Assembly (NCBI GenBank): GCA_041906785.1
Contig: JAYRIM010000023.1
Span: forward strand, 64,019-128,018
From: Candidatus Levyibacteriota bacterium
GTDB lineage: Bacteria > Patescibacteriota > Microgenomatia > Levybacterales > UBA12049
Direction of reading: 5' to 3'
DNA: 64,000 nt
The notes under the pieces are model-generated. The model did not search any database. It saw only the letters and a list, made by a program, of their open reading frames with translations, and was not told the origin of the DNA. Made by a program: the position numbers and the translations under genes. Shown here piece after piece: positions 28,938 through 38,392 of the stretch. How positions within the stretch are numbered: the first letter of the stretch is position 1; the number at the start of each line of letters is the position of its first letter.

Positions 28938-30095
28938 TTAATAGTACAGCTCAGGATCAGCAATCACTTTTTCCCAGGAAGTAAAATTCCGATTATAAAA
29001 CCCTGCGGATGCGATCATGGCAGCGTTATCAGTACAAAGAGACGCAGGAGGAACAGAAAATGCCACTTTTTTTTCTGACCCTGCTATCTTTTTTTTAAAT
29101 TCTTCTACCAACTTTTTATTTGCAGCTACTCCTCCGCACATGATAAACGATGAAACATTATATTCTTCGATTGCACGCATCGTTTTTATCACAAGAGTAT
29201 CGATAATTGCTTTTTCAAGCGATGCACATAAATTATAAAGAATTTGTTTTTTTTCTTCTGGTAATGTTTCTTCTAACGCTATCTGATCCCATCCTATTTT
29301 TGCGTTTGAGGTTCGAGAAATTGGGAAGTACTGCTTCGTGAGGTTTAAAAATGATGTTTTTAACCCAGAAAAAGAGAATTCGAAATCGTGACTATTAAGC
29401 ATTGGCCGCGGAAGTGTAAATGCTTTCGGATCACCTTTTTCAGCAAGCTTCGAGATTTTCGGACCGCCTGGATAAGCATACCCTAATAATCGAGCACACT
29501 TATCAAAACACTCTCCTGCAGCATCATCGCGAGTTCCACCAATAACCTGCAAATCCCCATGATTTTTAATTAGTACTAAATCTGTATGGCCCCCAGACAC
29601 AACAAGAGCTAATGCCGGCAATTCAATATGAGCATAGGGCTTAGTGCTTAGGGCATAGGGTTGATTTTTATGCTGTTTACTCTTCGCTCTAGGCTCTACG
29701 CTCTCAGCTATCCAATTGGCATATATATGTCCATACATATGATTTACAGGAATAAGCGGAATATCCCAAATATACGAAAGGGTTTTTGCAGTTTCTACTC
29801 CTACAAGCAGAGAACCTATCAATCCAGGCCCATATGTCACAGCTATGGCATCTATATCCGGTTTTTTTTCATTAAAAACATTTGCTTTCTCTAAAGCCTC
29901 TTTAATTACTGGCTGTAAATATTTCACTTGTTCACGAGCAGCGATTTCCGGAATAACACCTCCAGTTTCAGCATGACTTGCTAGAGAAGTCGCTAAACTG
30001 TTTGATAATAACTGCACAGGCTCCATAAGACTTTTACCTTCAATAACAGCAGCCCCTGTCTCATCACAGCTTGTTTCAATACCTAAAATACGCAT
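28938..30095 (-). CDS. tsaD: tRNA N6-threonylcarbamoyltransferase TsaD
   Basis: ILGIETSCDET, GPGLIGSL, VSGGHT, TRDDAAGE.FDK, FSFSGLKT, TDNAAMIA. Confidence 0.97.
   Translation of the reverse strand: MRILGIETSCDETGAAVIEGKSLMEPVQLLSNSLATSLASHAETGGVIPEIAAREQVKYLQPVIKEALEKANVFNEKKPDIDAIAVTYGPGLIGSLLVGVETAKTLSYIWDIPLIPVNHMYGHIYANWIAESVEPRAKSKQHKNQPYALSTKPYAHIELPALALVVSGGHTDLVLIKNHGDLQVIGGTRDDAAGECFDKCARLLGYAYPGGPKISKLAEKGDPKAFTLPRPMLNSHDFEFSFSGLKTSFLNLTKQYFPISRTSNAKIGWDQIALEETLPEEKKQILYNLCASLEKAIIDTLVIKTMRAIEEYNVSSFIMCGGVAANKKLVEEFKKKIAGSEKKVAFSVPPASLCTDNAAMIASAGFYNRNFTSWEKVIADPELYY
29630..29707. repeat. In-frame inverted heptamer arrays inside tsaD
   Basis: cataggg cttagtg cttaggg cataggg ... 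actcttc gctctag gctctac gctctca. Confidence 0.8.
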
Positions 30096-30123
30096 AGCGA
30101 CATTGTACCTTCGTTAAGACTTA

Positions 30124-30152
30124 TTGACAAGCATTTATGATTTCTCTATACT
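30124..30152 (+). promoter_or_regulatory. greA promoter
   Basis: TTGACA 30124-29, 17 nt, TATACT 30147-52. Confidence 0.75.
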
Positions 30153-30172
30153 TTGTGTGATTATGATTTTGT

Positions 30173-30210
30173 CTCTTCTGAACTAGAGCTTTCGGAAGAG
30201 CTTTTCTTTT
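30173..30210 (+). terminator. Terminator-like hairpin in the greA leader
   Basis: CUCUUCUGAA-N8-UUCGGAAGAG followed by CUUUUCUUUU. Confidence 0.6.
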
Positions 30211-30217
30211 ATAAACT

Positions 30218-30688
30218 ATGCCAATGAACGCCAAGAAAATCTTCCTCACCCAAAAAGGATTAGATGAATTAAAAAAAGAATATGATGAATTACTCCATCA
30301 TAAACGCCCAGAAGTTGTACAACGAGTTGCAGCAGCACGAGAAATGGGCGACCTTTCTGAAAATGCCGAATATTCAGCAGCACGGGAAGAGTTGGCATTC
30401 ATTGATGGACGAATAGAAGAACTCGAAGAATTATTAAAGCAGGTTAATGTCATTAGTGATCAAACAGCCTCAAATCAAGTAAAACTCGGCAGTGTTGTCA
30501 CAGTGAAACATAATGGAAATAAAACAGTATATTCTGTTGTCGGGGAATGGGAAGCTGATCCTGCAGAAAAGAAAATATCACATGAGTCCCCTCTTGGAAA
30601 AGCACTCATGGGTAAAGCTGTTGGTGAAACTGTCGATGTTCAGGCTCCAGCTGGAAAAATCGCTTATACAATAGTTGAAATTCAATAA
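30218..30688 (+). CDS. greA: Transcription elongation factor GreA
   Basis: AREMGDLSENAEY, ISHESPLGKAL. Confidence 0.98.
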   Translation: MPMNAKKIFLTQKGLDELKKEYDELLHHKRPEVVQRVAAAREMGDLSENAEYSAAREELAFIDGRIEELEELLKQVNVISDQTASNQVKLGSVVTVKHNGNKTVYSVVGEWEADPAEKKISHESPLGKALMGKAVGETVDVQAPAGKIAYTIVEIQ

Positions 30689-30714
30689 CCTCCTTTACAT
30701 GGAGGAAAGATATT

Positions 30715-30906
30715 GTGAATACTATTTCTCCCGAACTTATTAAAGCATTAAAAGCACATACTATAACTCCTCTTGATCTTCATACTTCTTATGAAGAAAT
30801 GTATAAAGCAAAAACAGGTACTTCATGGAAAATAAAAAAAAAGAATGTAACTATAACCATTATAAAAAACAGCGAAAATAGTTATACTGTACAAACAGAT
30901 CAATAA
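30715..30906 (+). CDS. Small hypothetical protein
   Basis: 63 aa, GTG start preceded by GGAGG, fills the greA-tdh gap. Confidence 0.5.
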   Translation: MNTISPELIKALKAHTITPLDLHTSYEEMYKAKTGTSWKIKKKNVTITIIKNSENSYTVQTDQ

Positions 30907-30913
30907 TTTTTAT

Positions 30914-31933
30914 ATGGCAGATAAAACAATGCTCGCAGTCATAAAAGAAAAACCCCAGGCAGGTGTCGTGCTTAAACAAGTTCCAATACCAGAAACGAAA
31001 CAAGAAGAGGTGCTTGTGAAAGTTAAAGCCGCATCTATCTGTGGAACTGACGTTAGTATTTATAATTGTACTCCATGGGCTGAAGGTCATATTACCCCCC
31101 CAATTATCATAGGCCATGAAATTGTCGGTGAAGTTCTAGAAATAAATACATCGCTTCCCACCCATATTAAAAAAGGAGATCTTGTATCCTCAGAAACTCA
31201 TATTTTCTGTAATACATGCTATCAATGTTTAATAAATAACAGACATGTATGCGAAAAAATGGAACTTTTCGGCATAGGAAGGAATGGAAGTTTTGCTGAA
31301 TATGCTACTATACCTCTTCGGACGACTTGGAAAAATGATCCTTCTATTCCGCTTAATGTTATGAGCGTTCAAGAACCACTAGGAAATGCTGTTCACGTCG
31401 TGACAAAAGCACAAGTAGCAGGAAAGACTGTCTGTGTTTTCGGTCTAGGACCTACTGGTTTATGTGCTGTAGCTGCAGCAAAAGCATATGGCGCAAAGAA
31501 AGTCATAGGAGTAAACCGTGGTGAATATAGAAGAAATCTTGCTATGAAAATCGGTGCTGACGAAGTATACGATACATTACCTGAAACATATAATAATGGC
31601 TGTGATGTAGTTTTAGAGATGTCAGGTAATGCTCATGTTTTACAAGCTGCTTTGACTGCAGTTCGCATCGCAGGAACATTAGTCTTTTTCGGTATTCCGA
31701 AAGAACCAGCTACTATAGACATCGGAAAGTTTTTGATTAATAAAGAGATTAATACACATAGTGTTTTCGGAAGGCGTATCTGGGAAACATGGTTCCAAGT
31801 AACAGATGTACTTGTTAATAAGAAAGTTGATTTAGAACCAATGGTAACTCACACATTTACACTTTCTGAATTTGAAAAAGCTATGGATGTTATGAAAAGT
31901 GGAGAATGTGGAAAAATTCTTCTCATACCATGA
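30914..31933 (+). CDS. tdh: L-threonine 3-dehydrogenase
   Basis: ICGTD, GHE, ETHIFC..C..C.......[17 protein letters not shown]; coupled to kbl. Confidence 0.9.
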   Translation: MADKTMLAVIKEKPQAGVVLKQVPIPETKQEEVLVKVKAASICGTDVSIYNCTPWAEGHITPPIIIGHEIVGEVLEINTSLPTHIKKGDLVSSETHIFCNTCYQCLINNRHVCEKMELFGIGRNGSFAEYATIPLRTTWKNDPSIPLNVMSVQEPLGNAVHVVTKAQVAGKTVCVFGLGPTGLCAVAAAKAYGAKKVIGVNRGEYRRNLAMKIGADEVYDTLPETYNNGCDVVLEMSGNAHVLQAALTAVRIAGTLVFFGIPKEPATIDIGKFLINKEINTHSVFGRRIWETWFQVTDVLVNKKVDLEPMVTHTFTLSEFEKAMDVMKSGECGKILLIP

Positions 31934-33120
31934 AAGATTTCTACTCATATCTACATACTCAATTAGCAGATAAAACCGTTCCTACAGTCGAATCAGGCCA
32001 AGGAGCTTATTTAACAATTAATGGCAAGAAAAAGCTGAATCTTTGCTCAAATAATTATCTTGGATTTGCTGCAGATGAAAGATTAAAAAAAGCTGCTATA
32101 AAAGCAATCGAACAATATGGGGTAGGTACAGGTTCTGTACGTGCTTTATCAGGAACAAATACGCTACATATACAACTTGAGGATGCACTTGCGAAGTTCA
32201 AATATGCAGAAGGATGTATCGTTCTCACAGGAGGGTATATGGCAAATCTTGCAGCAATTCAAACGCTTATTGGGAAAGAAGATATAGTTATTTCGGATGA
32301 GTTAAATCATGCTTCTATTATTGACGCCATTCGGTTATCTGCAGTGAAAAACAAATTTATCTATAAACATGCCGATATGACCGACTTGGAGAGCAAACTG
32401 CAGGAAGCAAATAAAGTAGCACAGAATCCGAAATCAGATGGTCAACAGCCACTCATGTTACTTGTTACGGACGGTGTTTTTTCGATGGATGGTGATCTCG
32501 CACCATTACCACAAATTGTGACTTTAGCGAAACAATATAATGCAGTTACTATGGTTGACGATGCTCATGGTGAAGGTGTTCTTGGTACTCATGGACGTGG
32601 TATTGTTGATCATTTTAACCTTCACGGACAAATAGATATTGAAGTGGGAACATTATCGAAAGCATTTGGCGTCATGGGAGGATTTATTACTGGGAAAAAA
32701 GACCTTATTACATTTTACCGGCAAAAAGCTCGACAGTTTCTTTTCTCGAATGGATTATCTATTCCTGATACAGCCGCACTATTAGAGTCAGTTACTATTC
32801 TTGCAGAGTCTGACGAAGAAGTTAAAAAATTATGGAATAATGCGAAGTATATAAAAGAAAATCTTATTGCAGCGGGTTTTGATTGTGGAAAGTCAGAGAC
32901 GCCAATAACACCTGTTATGTTAGGTAACGAGGATACTGCCAAAAACTTTAGTGCAAAATTACTTGAACATGATGTATTCGCGACACCTATTGTATTTCCA
33001 ATGGTTCCAAAAGGGAAAGCCCGTATTCGTGTTATGCCTTCATCATCTCACGAGTTGAAGGATTTAGATTTCGGAATATCTATATTTAAAAAAGTTGCAC
33101 AGGATATGCAGATACTTTAG
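31930..33120 (+). CDS. kbl: Glycine C-acetyltransferase (2-amino-3-ketobutyrate CoA ligase)
   Basis: [40 protein letters not shown]; ATGA overlap with tdh. Confidence 0.9.
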   Translation: MKDFYSYLHTQLADKTVPTVESGQGAYLTINGKKKLNLCSNNYLGFAADERLKKAAIKAIEQYGVGTGSVRALSGTNTLHIQLEDALAKFKYAEGCIVLTGGYMANLAAIQTLIGKEDIVISDELNHASIIDAIRLSAVKNKFIYKHADMTDLESKLQEANKVAQNPKSDGQQPLMLLVTDGVFSMDGDLAPLPQIVTLAKQYNAVTMVDDAHGEGVLGTHGRGIVDHFNLHGQIDIEVGTLSKAFGVMGGFITGKKDLITFYRQKARQFLFSNGLSIPDTAALLESVTILAESDEEVKKLWNNAKYIKENLIAAGFDCGKSETPITPVMLGNEDTAKNFSAKLLEHDVFATPIVFPMVPKGKARIRVMPSSSHELKDLDFGISIFKKVAQDMQIL

Positions 33121-33151
33121 CCTCAATTTCTGCTATAATAAACCTCATCGT

Positions 33152-34330
33152 ATGGCTAGAAAAAGAATATCAGAATTCCGTGCAAAGACACTTCTCTATC
33201 AAGAACTTGGTGTCCCATATACAGGTATACAAGTCACCAATAAAAATCTTCCATTATTTCTCAATTCTCAATTCTCAACTCTCAATTCCGATCAGTATGT
33301 TGTAAAAGTAGATCAAGGTGTAAAAGGTCGATTTAAAAAAGGTCTCGTGTTACTCAACCAAACAGCTGAACAATTACCAAGAGCCTTAGAACAATTAAAA
33401 CAAAAAGGTTACTCTCAATTCCTCATCGAAGAAATGACCTCTCATGAACCATCAGACGAGAAATATCTTTCTATTGAAAGAGTGAGAGAAGGATATAAAA
33501 TTTTCTATTCTAAAACAGGTGGAGTGAATATCGAAGAATCTGGACATGTCAAACAAATAATTATTCCTTATTCAGAAGATTACTCAATGCAGACCGAAGA
33601 AATCGATTCAAATTTCCTACGCCAATTATTAAAAACCTTTGATACATACTATTTCTCATTCCTCGAAATTAATCCATACATAATACTTGATACAAAATAC
33701 TTACTACTTGACGCAGCTGTTGAAGTAGATAGCACAGCTGCTTTTTTCGTAAATAATGCATGGACTGAAAAGGATTTTACGGATGGGAGTATTAGGGAAA
33801 AAACTCCTGAAGAAAAGAATGTACAAAAACTAGCAGAAAACAGCCAAGCAGCATTCTCTCTCGAAGTTTTAAATCCAAATGGAAGTATTTTCATGATGTT
33901 ATCAGGAGGTGGCGCGAGTATCGTTCTTGCCGATGAGGTTTATAACGAAGGATACGGAAAAGAACTTGCAAACTATGGCGAATACAGTGGTAACCCAAAC
34001 GCAGAAGAAACATATATCTATGCAAAAAATCTTTTATCTCTTCTTCTACGATCAATTGCCAAAAAGAAGGTATTAATTATCGCAGGTGGTGTAGCGAATT
34101 TCACTGACGTCAGAATAACGTTTAAAGGTTTGATTAAAGCTCTAGATGAAGTCAAAACTCAGCTTCAGACACAAAATATACAGGTATTTGTCAGACGAGG
34201 AGGCCCTTATCAAGAAGAAGGTTTGCAACTTATGAAGCAGTTTCTTGAACAAAACCATTTATTAGGAGTAATAGCAGGACCTGAAATGGTATTAACTGAT
34301 ATTATTACGAAAGCAACTCAATCATTATGA
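33152..34330 (+). CDS. aclB: ATP-citrate lyase, ATP-grasp/citrate-binding subunit
   Basis: VVKVDQ..K.R.K.GLV, LEINP, GGGASIV.AD, ANYGEYSG.P, GGVANFTDV, RRGGP. Confidence 0.9.
   Translation: MARKRISEFRAKTLLYQELGVPYTGIQVTNKNLPLFLNSQFSTLNSDQYVVKVDQGVKGRFKKGLVLLNQTAEQLPRALEQLKQKGYSQFLIEEMTSHEPSDEKYLSIERVREGYKIFYSKTGGVNIEESGHVKQIIIPYSEDYSMQTEEIDSNFLRQLLKTFDTYYFSFLEINPYIILDTKYLLLDAAVEVDSTAAFFVNNAWTEKDFTDGSIREKTPEEKNVQKLAENSQAAFSLEVLNPNGSIFMMLSGGGASIVLADEVYNEGYGKELANYGEYSGNPNAEETYIYAKNLLSLLLRSIAKKKVLIIAGGVANFTDVRITFKGLIKALDEVKTQLQTQNIQVFVRRGGPYQEEGLQLMKQFLEQNHLLGVIAGPEMVLTDIITKATQSL
33258..33285 (+). repeat. In-frame heptamer array (TTCTCAA x4) in aclB
   Basis: ttctcaa ttctcaa ttctcaa ctctcaa, encoding FLNSQFSTLN. 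Confidence 0.85.
33676..33710 (+). repeat. In-frame heptamer array (ATACTTG type x5) in aclB
   Basis: atacata atacttg atacaaa atactta ctacttg, encoding YIILDTKYLLL. Confidence 0.7.
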
Positions 34331-36120
34331 TCGATATCGAATTATTACGAAATACGAAACATAAGATAATCTGTATTGGTTCGCATAAGCCGATCATTCA
34401 ATCAATGTTCGATTTTGATTTCCTCTCCGGAAAAACAGAACCAAGTATTATATGTATTATCGCTTCAGGAAGACGATTTGAACGCTATTTCTTTGGAAAA
34501 GAAGAAGTTCTTATTCCGGTATATGACTCTATAGAAAAAATTCCAGCCAGTATCAAAAAAAGTCTCACATTGTTTTTTAATACAACATCTGCTCGTCGGG
34601 CGAAGCAGAGTAGTATCGATATTCTAGAATCAATGCCCAATCTTCTTGGAGGAACTATTTTTGCAGAGGATGTTCCTGAGAAACACGCTTTAGAGTTAAC
34701 TCAATTTGTGAGTAAAAAAAAGCAATGGATTGTCGGACCAGCTAGTGTTGGTTTTATTATCCCTGAGTCTTTTAAAATTGGGGCAATAGGAGGAACTGAC
34801 TATAGACAGCTCGTCGCTTCAAATGTGTTAACTTCAGGAAATGTCGCTATTCTTTCTGCTTCTGGAGGCATGGTAAATGAAATAATTCGTATCTCAGGAC
34901 AAAATGAAAAAGCAATCTCCTTTTCATTATCGTTCGGTGGAGATCGATTTCCTATTCTTTCTCCGAAAGAAGCATTTCTGGCTGCGGAGAAAGATGCTCA
35001 GACCGAACATATCCTTTATTACGGAGAATTAGGAGGAAATGATGAATATGATATTATCGATTTAGTAACCTCAAAAAAGCTTACAAAACCTATTATCTGT
35101 TATATAGCAGGCACTGTTTCAGACCTTTTTGAAACCCCCCCACAATTCGGCCATGCGAAAGCAATGGCAAAATCCCAAGGTGAAAGCGCGAAAGAGAAAC
35201 GGGAAGCGATGAGAAATGCAGGAATAACAGTTGCTGAGACATTCGGCCAATTTGTGGGATATGTTAAACAAATACCATCGAAAAACTTGGTAGAAAAAGA
35301 TAAGTATAGTACAATGATGCAAACTATGACTGACAGAAAATCAGCTCTCATAACCTCAACGATTTCTTCCGATCGAGAAGGTGATGCTACTATTCTGGGA
35401 GAAAATCTGCTCTCTTTCGCAGAAACACGTACTTTCGCTGGAATAGTAAGTTCCCTATTTCTAGGCAAAAAAGATGTTTCGAAAGATTTAGAGACATTTA
35501 TAGATTTCGTACTTCGGTTATTAGTGGACCATGGGCCATATGTTTCAGGAGCTCTCAATACTATTGTTACCGCAAGGGCAGGAAAAGACCTCGTCTCATC
35601 TCTCTCTGCTGGTTTACTTACAATTGGCCCGCGTTTTGGCGGTGCTATCAATCAAGCTGCTATGAATTGGTTACAAGGTGTGATCGAACAAAAAAATGCA
35701 TACAATTTCGTAGAAGAATTCGCAAGTCAGAAGATATATATCTCTGGCATTGGACATCGTAAATATCGTATAGATTTTCCAGATCCACGAGTTACTGCTC
35801 TTTTAGAACATGCAAAACATCTTGAAAAAAAACGATTTACATATTTTGCCTTAGAGGTCCAAAAGATTACTACATCAAAAAAAGGTAATCTTATTTTGAA
35901 TGTTGATGGTGCAATCGCTGCAATACTTCTAGATATCCTTTCTGAAAAAGAAGGTATGTCAGATCACGAATTAAAACAACTCACTGAAACAGAATTTTTC
36001 AATTCTTTATTCGTACTTTCAAGATCCGTCGGCTTTATCGCCCATTATCTCGACCAGAAACGACTCGATGAAGGCTTATTACGATTACCAGATGAGTTAG
36101 TAAGTACAAGCGAAATATAA
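34327..36120 (+). CDS. aclA: ATP-citrate lyase, CoA-ligase/citryl-CoA lyase subunit
   Basis: GPASVG, GGDRFP, QFGHA (phospho-His), DHGP.VSG, IGPRFGGA, GIGHR, NVDG. Confidence 0.92.
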   Translation: MIDIELLRNTKHKIICIGSHKPIIQSMFDFDFLSGKTEPSIICIIASGRRFERYFFGKEEVLIPVYDSIEKIPASIKKSLTLFFNTTSARRAKQSSIDILESMPNLLGGTIFAEDVPEKHALELTQFVSKKKQWIVGPASVGFIIPESFKIGAIGGTDYRQLVASNVLTSGNVAILSASGGMVNEIIRISGQNEKAISFSLSFGGDRFPILSPKEAFLAAEKDAQTEHILYYGELGGNDEYDIIDLVTSKKLTKPIICYIAGTVSDLFETPPQFGHAKAMAKSQGESAKEKREAMRNAGITVAETFGQFVGYVKQIPSKNLVEKDKYSTMMQTMTDRKSALITSTISSDREGDATILGENLLSFAETRTFAGIVSSLFLGKKDVSKDLETFIDFVLRLLVDHGPYVSGALNTIVTARAGKDLVSSLSAGLLTIGPRFGGAINQAAMNWLQGVIEQKNAYNFVEEFASQKIYISGIGHRKYRIDFPDPRVTALLEHAKHLEKKRFTYFALEVQKITTSKKGNLILNVDGAIAAILLDILSEKEGMSDHELKQLTETEFFNSLFVLSRSVGFIAHYLDQKRLDEGLLRLPDELVSTSEI

Positions 36121-36173
36121 CTAGAAAAGTAATTTATTACTATGTTCAGTTTAAATTAAAAATAGTAATTATT

Positions 36174-37145
36174 ATGCATGTCTATACAGATTATCAGCTC
36201 TCAGATACCCTATGGTATAAAATCGGTGGAAAAGCGAGATATTTTATCCAAGCCTCAAGCAAAGAAGAAATTATACAAGCGGTAGAGTTTATTCACGAAA
36301 AAGGAGTTAAAAAAATATTTGTATGTGGATTAGGTTCAAATGTTGTCTTTACAGATGGCTTCTTTGATGGTGCTGTCATCCAGATAACGACACCTGATAA
36401 AAAAGATATTACACTTTTAGATGATAATCACATACAAGCGTTTGCGGGGGTGTTACTTGACGATGTTATAAATGTAGGATTTGAGAACCAACTTGTAGGT
36501 CTTGAATGGGCAGGAGGTTTACCTGGAACTGTAGGCGCTGCTGTGAGAGGCAATGTCGGAGCATATGGTGGGGAAATAAAAGATATTCTTCAAGAAGCTG
36601 AGGTTCTTATGCTTCTTGATGATGAAACATATGAGATAAAACGCTATACAAATGCAGAATTACGATTTACCTATCGGGGAAGCCTTATTAAAGAAAATCA
36701 TGGAAGAATGATCATACTTTCAGCTCTATTTAAACTCAAACGTGCATCTGAAAACGAACTTGTTGAAGCGAAACATATATACGAAAAGCATATTCAACAA
36801 CGAAAAGAGCGACATCCGCTCGAATATCCAAACACAGGATCCGTATTTAAAAATATTCGTGAACCTGAAAAAGTTGCTGAAATTATTAAAAAATTTCCTG
36901 AAATAAAAGATTTGGTTAAAGAAAAATGGTTTAATAAAGTTGCAGTAGCTTATTTCATTCAGAAATTTGGTTTACAAGGATATCGCGTTGGTGATGCGCA
37001 AATTTCAAAAAAACATGCACTCTTTATAGTTAATCTCGGCAAAGCTACAGCAAACGATGTGAAACAAGTCATTGAAAGAGTACAATCCACATGTAAAGAA
37101 ATGTTTGGATTCCCACTAGAAACCGAGGTTGAGATAGTAACATGA
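36174..37145 (+). CDS. murB: UDP-N-acetylmuramate dehydrogenase
   Basis: IGGKARY, GLGSN, GLPGTVG, GSVFKN, KHALFIVN, LETEV. Confidence 0.95.
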   Translation: MHVYTDYQLSDTLWYKIGGKARYFIQASSKEEIIQAVEFIHEKGVKKIFVCGLGSNVVFTDGFFDGAVIQITTPDKKDITLLDDNHIQAFAGVLLDDVINVGFENQLVGLEWAGGLPGTVGAAVRGNVGAYGGEIKDILQEAEVLMLLDDETYEIKRYTNAELRFTYRGSLIKENHGRMIILSALFKLKRASENELVEAKHIYEKHIQQRKERHPLEYPNTGSVFKNIREPEKVAEIIKKFPEIKDLVKEKWFNKVAVAYFIQKFGLQGYRVGDAQISKKHALFIVNLGKATANDVKQVIERVQSTCKEMFGFPLETEVEIVT

Positions 37146-38374
37146 AGATAGCTCAACCTCGACTTTTTGAACCAATTGATACAACACTTCGTGAAGGAGC
37201 ACAATCACCTCTTCTGGATGACACTAATAAATTTTTCTTTTCGCAAAAAGAGAAATTAGATCTTATTGATGCGTTATCTAGATTTGGTGTTCGCTATTTT
37301 GAAGTTTTTTCTCCTATAGTTAGTCAACAAGAACATCAAGATTTATTAGCAATAATTGCAAAGAAAAAAGAGCTTCAGGATGAACTGAAAACGAAAATTT
37401 TTATTTTGTCACATGTGCGTTGTCATCCTGCTGATATCGAATTAGCGATAAACGCAGGAGTAGACGGCTTAAATATATATATAGGGACGTCTGAACATTC
37501 ACGAAAGTATAATCATGGAAAAGAATTAGACACGATTATAGGAAAGGCCAGACCTCTTCTAGCTCAGATAAGAAAACAAAATCCTCATATGATAATTCGA
37601 TTTAGCGGAGAAGATGCATTTCGAACTTCTGAAAAAGATCTTTTTTATGTCTATGATCAGATAATAGAATATGTCGATCGACTCGGTACACCAGACACTG
37701 TTGGAATAGCAGATCCAGAACATATTGCTAAAAGAATACAAGCTCTAAAAAAACGCTATCCTCATATACCGCTTGAAGGACACTTTCATAATGATCGGGG
37801 TTTTAGTTTAGTGAATGCATTGACTGCTGTGTATAATGGAATGGAATTTATCAATACCTCTATTTTAGGATTAGGCGAACGTTCTGGAATAACTTCAATG
37901 ACTGGTCTTTTCCTTAATTTATATCTACACGATCCTACGTATTTAAAAAAATTTGACAGTTCTGTTATGTACGCTTTAAACGTATTAGTGGCAGACATGT
38001 TAAACATACAAGTACCTACAACAGAACCTGTCAGTCTTACAAACCGAACCCATTCTGCTGGTGTACATACAGGTGCTCAGCTGAAAGGTAGTAGCGCATA
38101 TGAAGCACTTCCTTTAGCGGAGTTTGGGGTGAATGAGACGAGATTACTCCTAGGACCGCTCAGCGGATCACATATTATTCGGTATTATCTCAAACATATT
38201 TTAAATTATGCAGTAAATGATGAAATTGTTCCAGTGATTACTAACGAATTTAAAAATCGGATATATAAAAAGACAAAAAAACAAACTCCAACAGTAGTAT
38301 TAGAACAGATTGCCAAATCATTTAAAATCCCACATATTTCAAGACCTGTAGCACACGAGGAGTATCTTCAGTAG
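37142..38374 (+). CDS. Homocitrate synthase-like DRE-TIM metallolyase
   Basis: DTTLREGAQ, HVRC, RFSGEDAFR, HFHNDRG, GLGERSG, HSAGVH; resembles Lys20/Thermus-type enzyme; no LeuA regulatory domain. Confidence 0.8.
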   Translation: MKIAQPRLFEPIDTTLREGAQSPLLDDTNKFFFSQKEKLDLIDALSRFGVRYFEVFSPIVSQQEHQDLLAIIAKKKELQDELKTKIFILSHVRCHPADIELAINAGVDGLNIYIGTSEHSRKYNHGKELDTIIGKARPLLAQIRKQNPHMIIRFSGEDAFRTSEKDLFYVYDQIIEYVDRLGTPDTVGIADPEHIAKRIQALKKRYPHIPLEGHFHNDRGFSLVNALTAVYNGMEFINTSILGLGERSGITSMTGLFLNLYLHDPTYLKKFDSSVMYALNVLVADMLNIQVPTTEPVSLTNRTHSAGVHTGAQLKGSSAYEALPLAEFGVNETRLLLGPLSGSHIIRYYLKHILNYAVNDEIVPVITNEFKNRIYKKTKKQTPTVVLEQIAKSFKIPHISRPVAHEEYLQ

Positions 38375-38392
38375 ATAAAGATGAAGAAAAAG

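Noticed and set aside
33152-36120. Reverse TCA carbon fixation implied by aclAB
   Set aside because: No other rTCA genes here; ACL alone does not establish autotrophy.
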